From a virus: a DNA stretch of 48,178 bases. The position numbers and the translations under genes were made by a program. A model generated the notes under the pieces. That model searched no databases, was not told the DNA's origin, and was given only the letters and a program-made list of their open reading frames with translations. Shown piece by piece: positions 6,844-14,703 of this stretch. The stretch lies in IMG/VR virus record IMGVR_UViG_3300029944_000014. One strand, written 5' to 3'. How positions within the stretch are numbered: position 1 is the stretch's first letter; the number at the start of each line of letters is the position of its first letter.

Positions 6844-7851
6844 TTACCACTCCACGATTACGAGGCCATTGCCCCCAGCGGTACCTAGAGAAGTGCCAGT
6901 GGTAGGGGCCGCCCCACCCAGGCCCGCCGACACTACGTACTGCTGTAGAGGGTATACGGTAAATACACCCATCGCAAAGCCACAACCGCCGCCACCAGAC
7001 CCGCAATAGGCGACAGCATTTCCACCCCCGCCGCCGCCGCCTCCGATACCGCCGCCAGCACCTGTTTGCCCGCCGCCGCCGCCGCCTCCGATACCTCCTG
7101 CCAGGGTGCCAGTGGCACCGGTGCTCGCCCCGCCGCCGCCGCCTCCGATACCGCCGCCGCCGAGGGGGCCGCCGCCCCCGCCGCCGCCAGGGAAGATATC
7201 AAATGGAAAACGAATTACAGCGTTAAAGGGATTTTTTGCCCCGGCGGAGTTCGCTGCTGCATTGACCCCGGAAACATCCATGCCGCCAGTGCTGCCAACT
7301 CCAGGGCCTGCGCTGCCTCCACCTCCACCTCCGGCCCCACTAGCGGTACCAGCGGCGCCAGCATTCCCGGCAACTCCACCTCCGCCCCCGCAGCTTCCAG
7401 CGCCAGCGCCACCAGCGCCACCGTTGCCAAGTTGGCTCGCAGCGCCACCGCCACCGCCAGCACCAGTTGCGGCGTTACCCCCAAGACCCCCAGCACCGCC
7501 CGTGAGCTGAACTTGGCCGCCGAAACCAATCCCCCCGGCTCCGGGTGTGCCTGACGACGTAGATGTGCCCATTGCCGCACCCTGTCCGCCAGTCGCAGAC
7601 AGAAGACTACCGAAGGAAGAGGAGCCGCCGCTATTGCCCCCTCCTCCACCTGCTGACGATGACCCACTACCTCCGCCAGAGGCGACACGAACGCGAATTT
7701 GCGATATGCCCGTTGGAACCGTAAAAATTCCGCTCGCACCAAATATCTGATAGGCACCAGTTCCGAAAACTATGCCATTCGGTGCTTGCACCGTCTGGAT
7801 GGTGTTTTTACCCGTCGGGTACTGAGGCCCGAATAAGCCGCGGCTAGTCAT
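6844..7851 (-). CDS. glycine-rich tail-associated protein
   Basis: 335 aa. FTVPTGISQIRVRVASGGGSG start followed by long G/A/S tracts, with GIGGGGGG three times. This signature is typical of glycine-rich domain proteins in phage fibre loci (from memory). Confidence 0.8.
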   Translation of the reverse strand: MTSRGLFGPQYPTGKNTIQTVQAPNGIVFGTGAYQIFGASGIFTVPTGISQIRVRVASGGGSGSSSAGGGGGNSGGSSSFGSLLSATGGQGAAMGTSTSSGTPGAGGIGFGGQVQLTGGAGGLGGNAATGAGGGGGAASQLGNGGAGGAGAGSCGGGGGVAGNAGAAGTASGAGGGGGGSAGPGVGSTGGMDVSGVNAAANSAGAKNPFNAVIRFPFDIFPGGGGGGGPLGGGGIGGGGGGASTGATGTLAGGIGGGGGGGQTGAGGGIGGGGGGGGNAVAYCGSGGGGCGFAMGVFTVYPLQQYVVSAGLGGAAPTTGTSLGTAGGNGLVIVEW

Positions 7852-8882
7852 TAGTAGGTCCCCCCTTCACCTTGTATTGATATGCCCGATAAAATCGGGG
7901 GGTTGCCTACTAATACCGCTGTCGATACCGCAGCGCTTGCGGCAATAGTAAGAACGCTTGTGTAGGAGTTAGCCGATTGCACTTCGTTAACATTCGGCCC
8001 CGATAAAACTTCTGTCTGCACTGTGCCTGAGCTATTTGTGCCCGTGATGGTGAAATTAACCGCTGAAATATTACCTCCACTTGATATCATAATTTTAGTC
8101 GGCAAAGGCAATACTGCGGTACCGGCCACCGTGGAATATCCAGCGGACACCGTACCAGCGTTGCTAGTAGTTGGCACAATCGACAAAATAGCTTTGTACA
8201 CATTGACGGAATATACCGTATTAGCATTTGGGCCTGTCATCGCCTCAGACACTATTGCGCCTGCGGCTGTACGACCTGTTACTTGATAGCTAACTGTCGA
8301 CACGTTCGACCCACTAGTGAGCGTCAATAACGCCGGATTCGTCATCACATAGGGGCCGGAGGTGAGCGTCATCGGCGCGTTGGCGACAGGCGCCGCCGCC
8401 GTTGCGATAGCTGTGGCGCTCGCCGCAACCACGTTCGACCCGTTCAGCGAAACCGGGCCAGCGCCGGCCAATGTCTGTGACTGCGCGATACTACTGATCG
8501 ACATTTCCTGTCCGATCTGAGTGTCGTTAATAGTTGCACGTAGGGACCATAGCGCAGGCAATGCAATCGGAAATAGATTAGGGTTGTCATATGCTTCCAG
8601 CGTAATACCTGGGTTAGCTGTGCCATTCGCCGCAGTTAGCGCAGGAATCGTAATCTCGCTCCCGTATTCATGGAAAGTCGTGCCGTCGTAACGAAATAGT
8701 CTTATCACACTAGCTGTTAATGTCCCCAGAGGGGTCAATACGATACGCTCGCAAGAGCCGCCGTTTGTGCTAGACGGGAAAATAGTTACAACATTAACTG
8801 GCGCTATTCGGGAAACATCCCCGAGGTTAAGCACCGCGGACCCTACTACGGGGACGTTCGTATAATTAGGGGTTGTGCCCAT
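7851..8882 (-). CDS. tail fibre / receptor-binding protein with two internal roughly 65-aa repeats
   Basis: 343 aa. The repeats are TLTSGSNVSTVSYQVTGRTAAGAIVSEAMTGPNANTVYS and MISSGGNISAVNFTITGTNSSGTVQTEVLSGPNVNEVQS. It lies directly after fibre A. Confidence 0.6.
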   Translation of the reverse strand: MGTTPNYTNVPVVGSAVLNLGDVSRIAPVNVVTIFPSSTNGGSCERIVLTPLGTLTASVIRLFRYDGTTFHEYGSEITIPALTAANGTANPGITLEAYDNPNLFPIALPALWSLRATINDTQIGQEMSISSIAQSQTLAGAGPVSLNGSNVVAASATAIATAAAPVANAPMTLTSGPYVMTNPALLTLTSGSNVSTVSYQVTGRTAAGAIVSEAMTGPNANTVYSVNVYKAILSIVPTTSNAGTVSAGYSTVAGTAVLPLPTKIMISSGGNISAVNFTITGTNSSGTVQTEVLSGPNVNEVQSANSYTSVLTIAASAAVSTAVLVGNPPILSGISIQGEGGTY

Positions 8883-8892
8883 GATCTGATCC

Positions 8893-9513
8893 TTAAAGTA
8901 AATAGCCTGTCATGTACAAAGATGCTGAAGCCTGATCTACAGCAGCGAGATTACCGTGCCCGTCATTATAAAGTAGCGCACCGATGCCTAGCGTAGACAA
9001 AGGCCCCCCCGTGATAAAGGTCCATACTGCCGTGGAAGCTGTGCCTGTCGTAGTGCAAATCCACCACTTAAAATCAGGCGCGTCCCATACTGCCGAAGGC
9101 GCAGAAACCCCCGTAACCCCCGCATTCCCCGCAACATGCCCGTTCGGATTTCCCGGATAGACTTGCACCATTGACACCCCTCCAATAGCGTCGGAGGGTT
9201 GCTGCGCGATGTTAGCAAACATCCCATCGGTAAAGAGATTGGCGATAATGTCGTGCGCTAAATAAGCTTTAGCTACGGTATTTTCTTGACCCCGAAGTAC
9301 GGTAAATACATCCTCTGCGCGGTTAGTCGCATACACTATCTCGCGCTGTAAACCTGACGCCTGATCCATCAAGGATAAAGACAAAACATTATTGCCCGAA
9401 GGGGAAGGGAATAAAGCCCCAGTACCCGTAGCAACGGTGAGTGTAGTCTGAGATGCCGTAATAGGAAAGGCAAGAGTAGTGCCCGCATTATTAGCGCCTA
9501 GAAAATAAGTCAT
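8893..9513 (-). CDS. tail fibre protein A
   Basis: 206 aa. It shares its N-terminal domain with CDS 5379..6029 and follows the baseplate genes. Confidence 0.7.
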   Translation of the reverse strand: MTYFLGANNAGTTLAFPITASQTTLTVATGTGALFPSPSGNNVLSLSLMDQASGLQREIVYATNRAEDVFTVLRGQENTVAKAYLAHDIIANLFTDGMFANIAQQPSDAIGGVSMVQVYPGNPNGHVAGNAGVTGVSAPSAVWDAPDFKWWICTTTGTASTAVWTFITGGPLSTLGIGALLYNDGHGNLAAVDQASASLYMTGYLL

Positions 9514-10221
9514 TTACCATACCCCCACTACATACGTATACTGAAAAGGAAGCTGCACTACGCCTGCATTAATGGCTTGCTGCAAAACATAAGCAAGACC
9601 AACATTCATAAAACTTTGGGTCGTAAGTTGAACCTGGTTAAACTGCACCTGGTTAAACTGGAAGGCATTGAACAGCGCCCCGCCGGATATAAATCCTACG
9701 CCAGCGGATACCCCAATATAGATTACCCTATTAGGCCCGAACGTTATACTAATTTGGGAGGTCTCGTCTATGTTAGGTGCCGTGCCTTGAGCCCCTATCA
9801 GGAACCGGGCAATACGTCGTTTCAGCCAAGCGATATTAACCTGTACGCCATCGCCTCTGTATAGATTCCAGGTAGCAATACGTTTGTACACGTCATCAGC
9901 CGTAGGTAACAGACGGGCGGGCTGTATCTGTCTTAGAGTGTTGAGTGCAAGGCTATTAAGGGGGTAGGTGTTCAAAGGCCCCGCTAAGTTTTCCTGAGCG
10001 TTCAATAGCGCCGGTCTAGATTGCCCATAAATACCGTTGAGTACCCAATCGAGCAAAGGCCCCCGAATTTCAGGGTTGCCTGCATACACAGGCAAGTTAA
10101 TGGCATTAAACCAGTCAATGTAGGCCTGGGTCTGTGCGTTATAAGCGTCGACAAATGCCTGTAGATCCTGATCGTCGTTATACTCCCAGTACAGATAGGA
10201 GGGTATCGTTTTAGTTAGCAT
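9514..10221 (-). CDS. baseplate protein (P2 gpI / Mu gp48 position)
   Basis: 235 aa. Immediately downstream of the J-like baseplate gene. Confidence 0.55.
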   Translation of the reverse strand: MLTKTIPSYLYWEYNDDQDLQAFVDAYNAQTQAYIDWFNAINLPVYAGNPEIRGPLLDWVLNGIYGQSRPALLNAQENLAGPLNTYPLNSLALNTLRQIQPARLLPTADDVYKRIATWNLYRGDGVQVNIAWLKRRIARFLIGAQGTAPNIDETSQISITFGPNRVIYIGVSAGVGFISGGALFNAFQFNQVQFNQVQLTTQSFMNVGLAYVLQQAINAGVVQLPFQYTYVVGVW

Positions 10222-10224
10222 GGC

Positions 10225-11640
10225 TTAGCCTTGCACTACTGAGATGTTCGCCGCTGTACAGAAAAAATAACTTTCAGAGTCCCCGAGTACGATCTCAGTA
10301 CCTGTTTGCGGCGCCGTCGTAATCCCGTTGATCGTGATAGACCACACTAACCGGGTCAAGAATTCAGCAGGGATTACACTGGCTATCGACTCGGTAAAAA
10401 TTGTCGACATTTGAATCAGGTTGATCGGCTGGCCGACTACGATACTGTTAATGTATGCCGCCAAGGGCGCGGTAGCTAAATTTGCTACTGAAGCAGGACT
10501 GACGAAATTCGGGCTGTCGGTATTCCACGTGGCGATAACGCCTGCCGTTTGCTGCGGGGGCAGCACGAAAGGTATTGCATAGACGTCGGGGAAATTGTTG
10601 ATCGACACAACTTCATTACGCAGATTCGGCGTAATCACTCCACCGCTAACCCAGGTCGGCAAAGAAGTCGTATCGACACCGATCGAGAAAGTTGTCTGCG
10701 TCAATACTGTGATAGTAAGCGCGGTATTATTGAGCGAGGTCGGGCCGACCATGCCGGCTATCTTGATCACCTGGCCCGTGGCGAAACCATGATTGAGACT
10801 GGTTGTCACGACGCCGGGATTTGCCTGTGTTAAACCCAGTACATTAAGCGTCGATCCTATCAACGTGGAAATATCGAGCACGCCGTTATAGATCGCAAGA
10901 GCCACGGCATAAGGGTCCCCCCCGCCTACGATCACTTCCCATTGCCCCGTACCTTGAATAATCGAGATTAACCGGGCTTGCACCCCAGGCACGTTCTGCA
11001 ATTGAGTGCGCAAGAAGCTCGGCATGCCTACGCCGGTAGCTTCTTGCGCCTGCACAACCTGCGCTCGATACTCCTCTTCAGTCTGTGCCGCAGCCTGCGG
11101 TACGCCCGTCACCAAGTTGGTACACGTCACTACGATAGGCGCCGGAACTGAGGTGATTATTTCATTGACCGTGTTGATCGGCACAGCCCAAGACCCCGCT
11201 ACCGAAGCCACGCAAAATACAGGTACCGTCGAGCCGCTTGACCCGATAACCGCGTTGTCTTGCGCTATATATTGATACTGGCCGTCGGATACCGTAAAGC
11301 CGATATTGATAACGAAGCCAGGTGTTGTGCTGCTAAATACGACATAGACACTCGTATTGGTATCAAGCCCTTGCACTACGCCGGTTTGCGCGCCGAGTTG
11401 ATTCAGAATAAATTGATTGGCGCCGAGGGGCGTAATTGAGTTGATCAGCTCAAGCTGAGCCGCATCGCAAAGGATGACAGCCCCGGTATCGGTACTCGAA
11501 ATATCTTCGATCAGGGATGCCGGCAAATTCGCGGTATAGCCGGGGGCTTGCGCTTCAGCATAAGCGATGATATTCGCCAGGATCGTAGTTGGGGCCTCCG
11601 GTTGCGGGCCGGCTGCAGTCATAACAAGGGGGAGGCTCAT
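10225..11640 (-). CDS. baseplate wedge protein (P2 gpJ / Mu gp47-like)
   Basis: 471 aa. Position and size in a conserved V-W-J-I gene order. Confidence 0.65.
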   Translation of the reverse strand: MSLPLVMTAAGPQPEAPTTILANIIAYAEAQAPGYTANLPASLIEDISSTDTGAVILCDAAQLELINSITPLGANQFILNQLGAQTGVVQGLDTNTSVYVVFSSTTPGFVINIGFTVSDGQYQYIAQDNAVIGSSGSTVPVFCVASVAGSWAVPINTVNEIITSVPAPIVVTCTNLVTGVPQAAAQTEEEYRAQVVQAQEATGVGMPSFLRTQLQNVPGVQARLISIIQGTGQWEVIVGGGDPYAVALAIYNGVLDISTLIGSTLNVLGLTQANPGVVTTSLNHGFATGQVIKIAGMVGPTSLNNTALTITVLTQTTFSIGVDTTSLPTWVSGGVITPNLRNEVVSINNFPDVYAIPFVLPPQQTAGVIATWNTDSPNFVSPASVANLATAPLAAYINSIVVGQPINLIQMSTIFTESIASVIPAEFLTRLVWSITINGITTAPQTGTEIVLGDSESYFFCTAANISVVQG

Positions 11641-11981
11641 TGAGGCACCTTAAGGGCTATCTGCGCGCCTAACAGGGTAGTACAGGCGATATTGTAAGTC
11701 GGAGTCGCACTAGCCTGCTTATAGACGAGCAGGCTAGCAAAGTACGGCGCGAACTGGCTTTGTGTCTGCGTCACGTAAAAATCAGGGAAAATCTGCGTCA
11801 GCACTGACTGAATCGCGGGGATACCGTAGTTCGCATAAAACGGACTTTCCCCCAAGACCAGCTTTAAACACTGGATCAAAGTCGTCAGATAGATTTGCGA
11901 ATTGTCGCCGTTCGCGGCAGTCTGCACCTCAACCCAGGATAAGGACCCGTCGTTATTCGTGATGCGGCCATAGGTTCTCAT
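11637..11981 (-). CDS. baseplate protein (gpW / gp25-like)
   Basis: 114 aa. It lies between the spike and J-like genes with a 4-nt overlap. Confidence 0.6.
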   Translation of the reverse strand: MRTYGRITNNDGSLSWVEVQTAANGDNSQIYLTTLIQCLKLVLGESPFYANYGIPAIQSVLTQIFPDFYVTQTQSQFAPYFASLLVYKQASATPTYNIACTTLLGAQIALKVPQ

Positions 11982-11989
11982 GTCAATCC

Positions 11990-12709
11990 TTAAACGATAG
12001 GTGCGCCTGTATCGCCTGTACCCGGCTGCACCCCTGGATGTACGTGCGCGCTCAGCGGTATCCCGTTTGCTGTGACCTCCTGAATAACCGTAACAGGCCC
12101 TTGCAAAGTTGCCGCGTAAGACGTAGCGCCGGTACCCTGTGAAAGCTCACCATTCAGCACAATCACCGGGGAATCGATCGTCGTCACCGGCCCGTTAAGT
12201 GTAATTCCTGAAGCATTGATTGTGATGTTAACAGAACCCACGGCTAGCGTGATCTGCGTCGGCAGGACCGTCACTACGGCACCCGAACCCGTATCACGCA
12301 TAACAACCCCGTTCGGTCCGTAGATCGTCACCGCTTGCGGGTCAACCTCAGACCAAGCGGTTGTAGCGAAAGGAATAAACACCAGTGCGGATAAATTGCC
12401 AGGTTGATTAAGCGTGGCCGTGCCTCCCCCCTGGCCACTGATACCGCCGAGCCGTGCATCTGCCGCCACCAGGAACCCGCCGTCGCCGGTTTGCATCGGA
12501 TATCGGATATATTCCGGGCCGATAAGTGGCACCGTCACTTGCATCAGCGTGAAGATGCTCGATATCTGGAAACTCACCGTCATAAACGATTTGCTCGCCT
12601 TGACCACGCGCGCCGGAAGAGACCGGCCGGTTAGCTGAATCGCGTCAAGTGCTTTATCTCGGGCAAACTGGTTTTGAGATAAAGCGAACGGAGTTTTTAA
12701 GGCGTTCAT
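11990..12709 (-). CDS. baseplate central spike (P2 gpV / Mu gp45-like)
   Basis: 239 aa. The C-terminal LSAHVHPGVQPGTGDTGAPI resembles the HxH apex motif of gpV-type spikes. Confidence 0.7.
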   Translation of the reverse strand: MNALKTPFALSQNQFARDKALDAIQLTGRSLPARVVKASKSFMTVSFQISSIFTLMQVTVPLIGPEYIRYPMQTGDGGFLVAADARLGGISGQGGGTATLNQPGNLSALVFIPFATTAWSEVDPQAVTIYGPNGVVMRDTGSGAVVTVLPTQITLAVGSVNITINASGITLNGPVTTIDSPVIVLNGELSQGTGATSYAATLQGPVTVIQEVTANGIPLSAHVHPGVQPGTGDTGAPIV

Positions 12710-13656
12710 GAGGTAACAACCGGATGCGCGTAAAAGCTCGTCACCCAGCCGCGGCCGTCGCGCTGGCGGAAATTCCCGACGTGCCGCACCATGTCGACTT
12801 GAAATGTACCCTGGAACACCGAGCCTTGCCGATACTGCGATAAAGATTGCGGCGTGGTCGTGACCTGGCCTGGCGGCATTTTGATGTAGTCACCCACGTT
12901 GATATCGGCGCGCATGACGTTGTAAAACGATATCTGGCCGGGGTTGATCCAAGTCGCTTGCCCGATCATATCGGTAAAAGCTACCTGAGTTGGCGTCTTG
13001 GTTGTCGTACCGTCATACACGCTGAATACATTATTGCGCAGAACAATATCCACGCCCGGATAAGTACCGCCGAGAATTGCTTGACTGACGGATTTAATGT
13101 ACGTGCCGAACTGCACCAGGGATTGACTAAACCCCGGCTCGTCATGAGCAAGTACAAGGTTCGGGCTAATGTTGATGTTTGCGGTATAGGTAGGAAAGGC
13201 TACGGCCAGGGTATTTTTAATCACCGTGGCTAAAGGTGTGCCTGCCGTCCAATTGTGAACCAAGTTCGCCGGCTGCGTAAAATTCACGCCGTTCGGGATC
13301 AAGTTAAAATCAAGCGACTGGTTGATACCTTCCCAATTGCCGAAGGCTTGTTGCACCGTCGCTATGACGAGCACGCCGGCCTGTTTTGGGTTTGCCAAGG
13401 GCAGGCCTTTAGACATACCCCCGGCTATCGTGATATTGCGCCCGTTGAAATTTGAAGCTTGCGCCACGTCTTGCAGCGAGGGCCCCCAGATCCGCAAGTA
13501 AGCCTGGCCCATGGGTGTAGCAAAAGGCACCGTGGGTATGTCGAGTTCGATTTGCGCCGCAGCCGGATTAAACGCGCCGCTGTCGAGCAAAGAACTCCAT
13601 GCGCGTGTCGGGGCTACGCCGGCCGGATCTGTAATCGTAATGACGTAGTAGCGCAT
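12706..13656 (-). CDS. baseplate hub protein (gpD / Mu gp44 position)
   Basis: 316 aa. Position upstream of the spike gene. Confidence 0.55.
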   Translation of the reverse strand: MRYYVITITDPAGVAPTRAWSSLLDSGAFNPAAAQIELDIPTVPFATPMGQAYLRIWGPSLQDVAQASNFNGRNITIAGGMSKGLPLANPKQAGVLVIATVQQAFGNWEGINQSLDFNLIPNGVNFTQPANLVHNWTAGTPLATVIKNTLAVAFPTYTANINISPNLVLAHDEPGFSQSLVQFGTYIKSVSQAILGGTYPGVDIVLRNNVFSVYDGTTTKTPTQVAFTDMIGQATWINPGQISFYNVMRADINVGDYIKMPPGQVTTTPQSLSQYRQGSVFQGTFQVDMVRHVGNFRQRDGRGWVTSFYAHPVVTS

Positions 13657-13928
13657 TAGCCGATTACCTCAAACTGCTGCGACGGCGCCCGGAAAACAAG
13701 CTGTGATGTGAATTGGCCTGCGACCAAGTTTATGTTGTACCCGTTGGGGGAGCCAACCATTGCACAGTATTTAACGAGCACGTTGTCGCTTGTCGTAATC
13801 GAGATATACCAGCGCTGACCGAATAAACCCCAATACACCGTCACGGTATAGGCCGTGCCGTCGAGCACAGCTTGAAAAGTGAAAGGCGCGTTAGCTGAAG
13901 GCGTGAAAGGTGTAATTACGGTACTCAT
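13656..13928 (-). CDS. small tail/baseplate protein
   Basis: 90 aa. Overlapping start and stop with both neighbours in the tail module. Confidence 0.5.
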   Translation of the reverse strand: MSTVITPFTPSANAPFTFQAVLDGTAYTVTVYWGLFGQRWYISITTSDNVLVKYCAMVGSPNGYNINLVAGQFTSQLVFRAPSQQFEVIG

Positions 13929-14701
13929 GGCAAACTCGTCACAATAGAAGACCCGCTAGGTACCGCGCTAGCTGTCACGCCGGACGCGGCCCCTGTCAAT
14001 GTACCTGTCAGGTTCTGCGCGCCTGTCACGGTCGTGCTGACGGCGCCGGATAGCGTACTGCCTACGGCTGTTTGCGCCCCGGACCAAGTTGGATCACCAG
14101 ATATTTGCGTGCCGCTTGATAGCTTGCTCATTAGGCTGTTTTGCGCCGAGGCGGCTGCACTAAACGTAACAAGGGGTTGCTCAAAATCCCACTGATAAGT
14201 ATGTTGCGCCTGCGCGCTTTGCCCTGCCGATACGTCATGCAGCTTACGCAAAATAAGATTCGTATAAATTTGTGCAGGGGTTGCCACTGTGTACAAACCG
14301 CCTTGCGCAGTATGCATCGCAAGTACCTGAGTAAGCGCGGTAAAGGCGATCAACTTGGCTGTATAGCCCCCCGCCTTGCGCACAGGGCAGATCATTTGCA
14401 GGGATATAGTCAAAGGGTTGGCTATCGTCGCATTGGCCGCCACGGTTTGATTGGCGAATGGATATTGCCCGATATCGTTATCTACGAGTGACGAGCCGGG
14501 TAGCGGCCGATAGTGGGCAAAGAAATTGTCTAAGGTATCGTCAACCGAGCCGTTGAGCAGATCCGTCACAAAGCTTGCCGCTTCGGTGATCGTGATGATA
14601 GGCAGCATGCCGCCGGGAATCGAGCTAGCGATACCGCCTGTCAAAATGATAGGGGATACTTCAAACCCAAGTCGAAAAAGCTCGCGCCCTAAGCTGATCA
14701 T
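13925..14701 (-). CDS. tail protein downstream of tape measure (Mu gp43 position)
   Basis: 258 aa. Position only. Confidence 0.5.
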   Translation of the reverse strand: MISLGRELFRLGFEVSPIILTGGIASSIPGGMLPIITITEAASFVTDLLNGSVDDTLDNFFAHYRPLPGSSLVDNDIGQYPFANQTVAANATIANPLTISLQMICPVRKAGGYTAKLIAFTALTQVLAMHTAQGGLYTVATPAQIYTNLILRKLHDVSAGQSAQAQHTYQWDFEQPLVTFSAAASAQNSLMSKLSSGTQISGDPTWSGAQTAVGSTLSGAVSTTVTGAQNLTGTLTGAASGVTASAVPSGSSIVTSLP

Positions 14702-14703
14702 AA

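Noticed and set aside
7066-7757. Pro-rich and Ala-rich ORFs overlapping or antisense to the glycine-rich gene (7066..7554, 7106..7510, 7215..7757, 7547..7750, 6933..7202)
   Set aside because: GC-rich GGN repeats leave every frame open. Only the minus-strand frame 6844..7851 has non-repetitive conserved-looking termini and operon-compatible overlaps.
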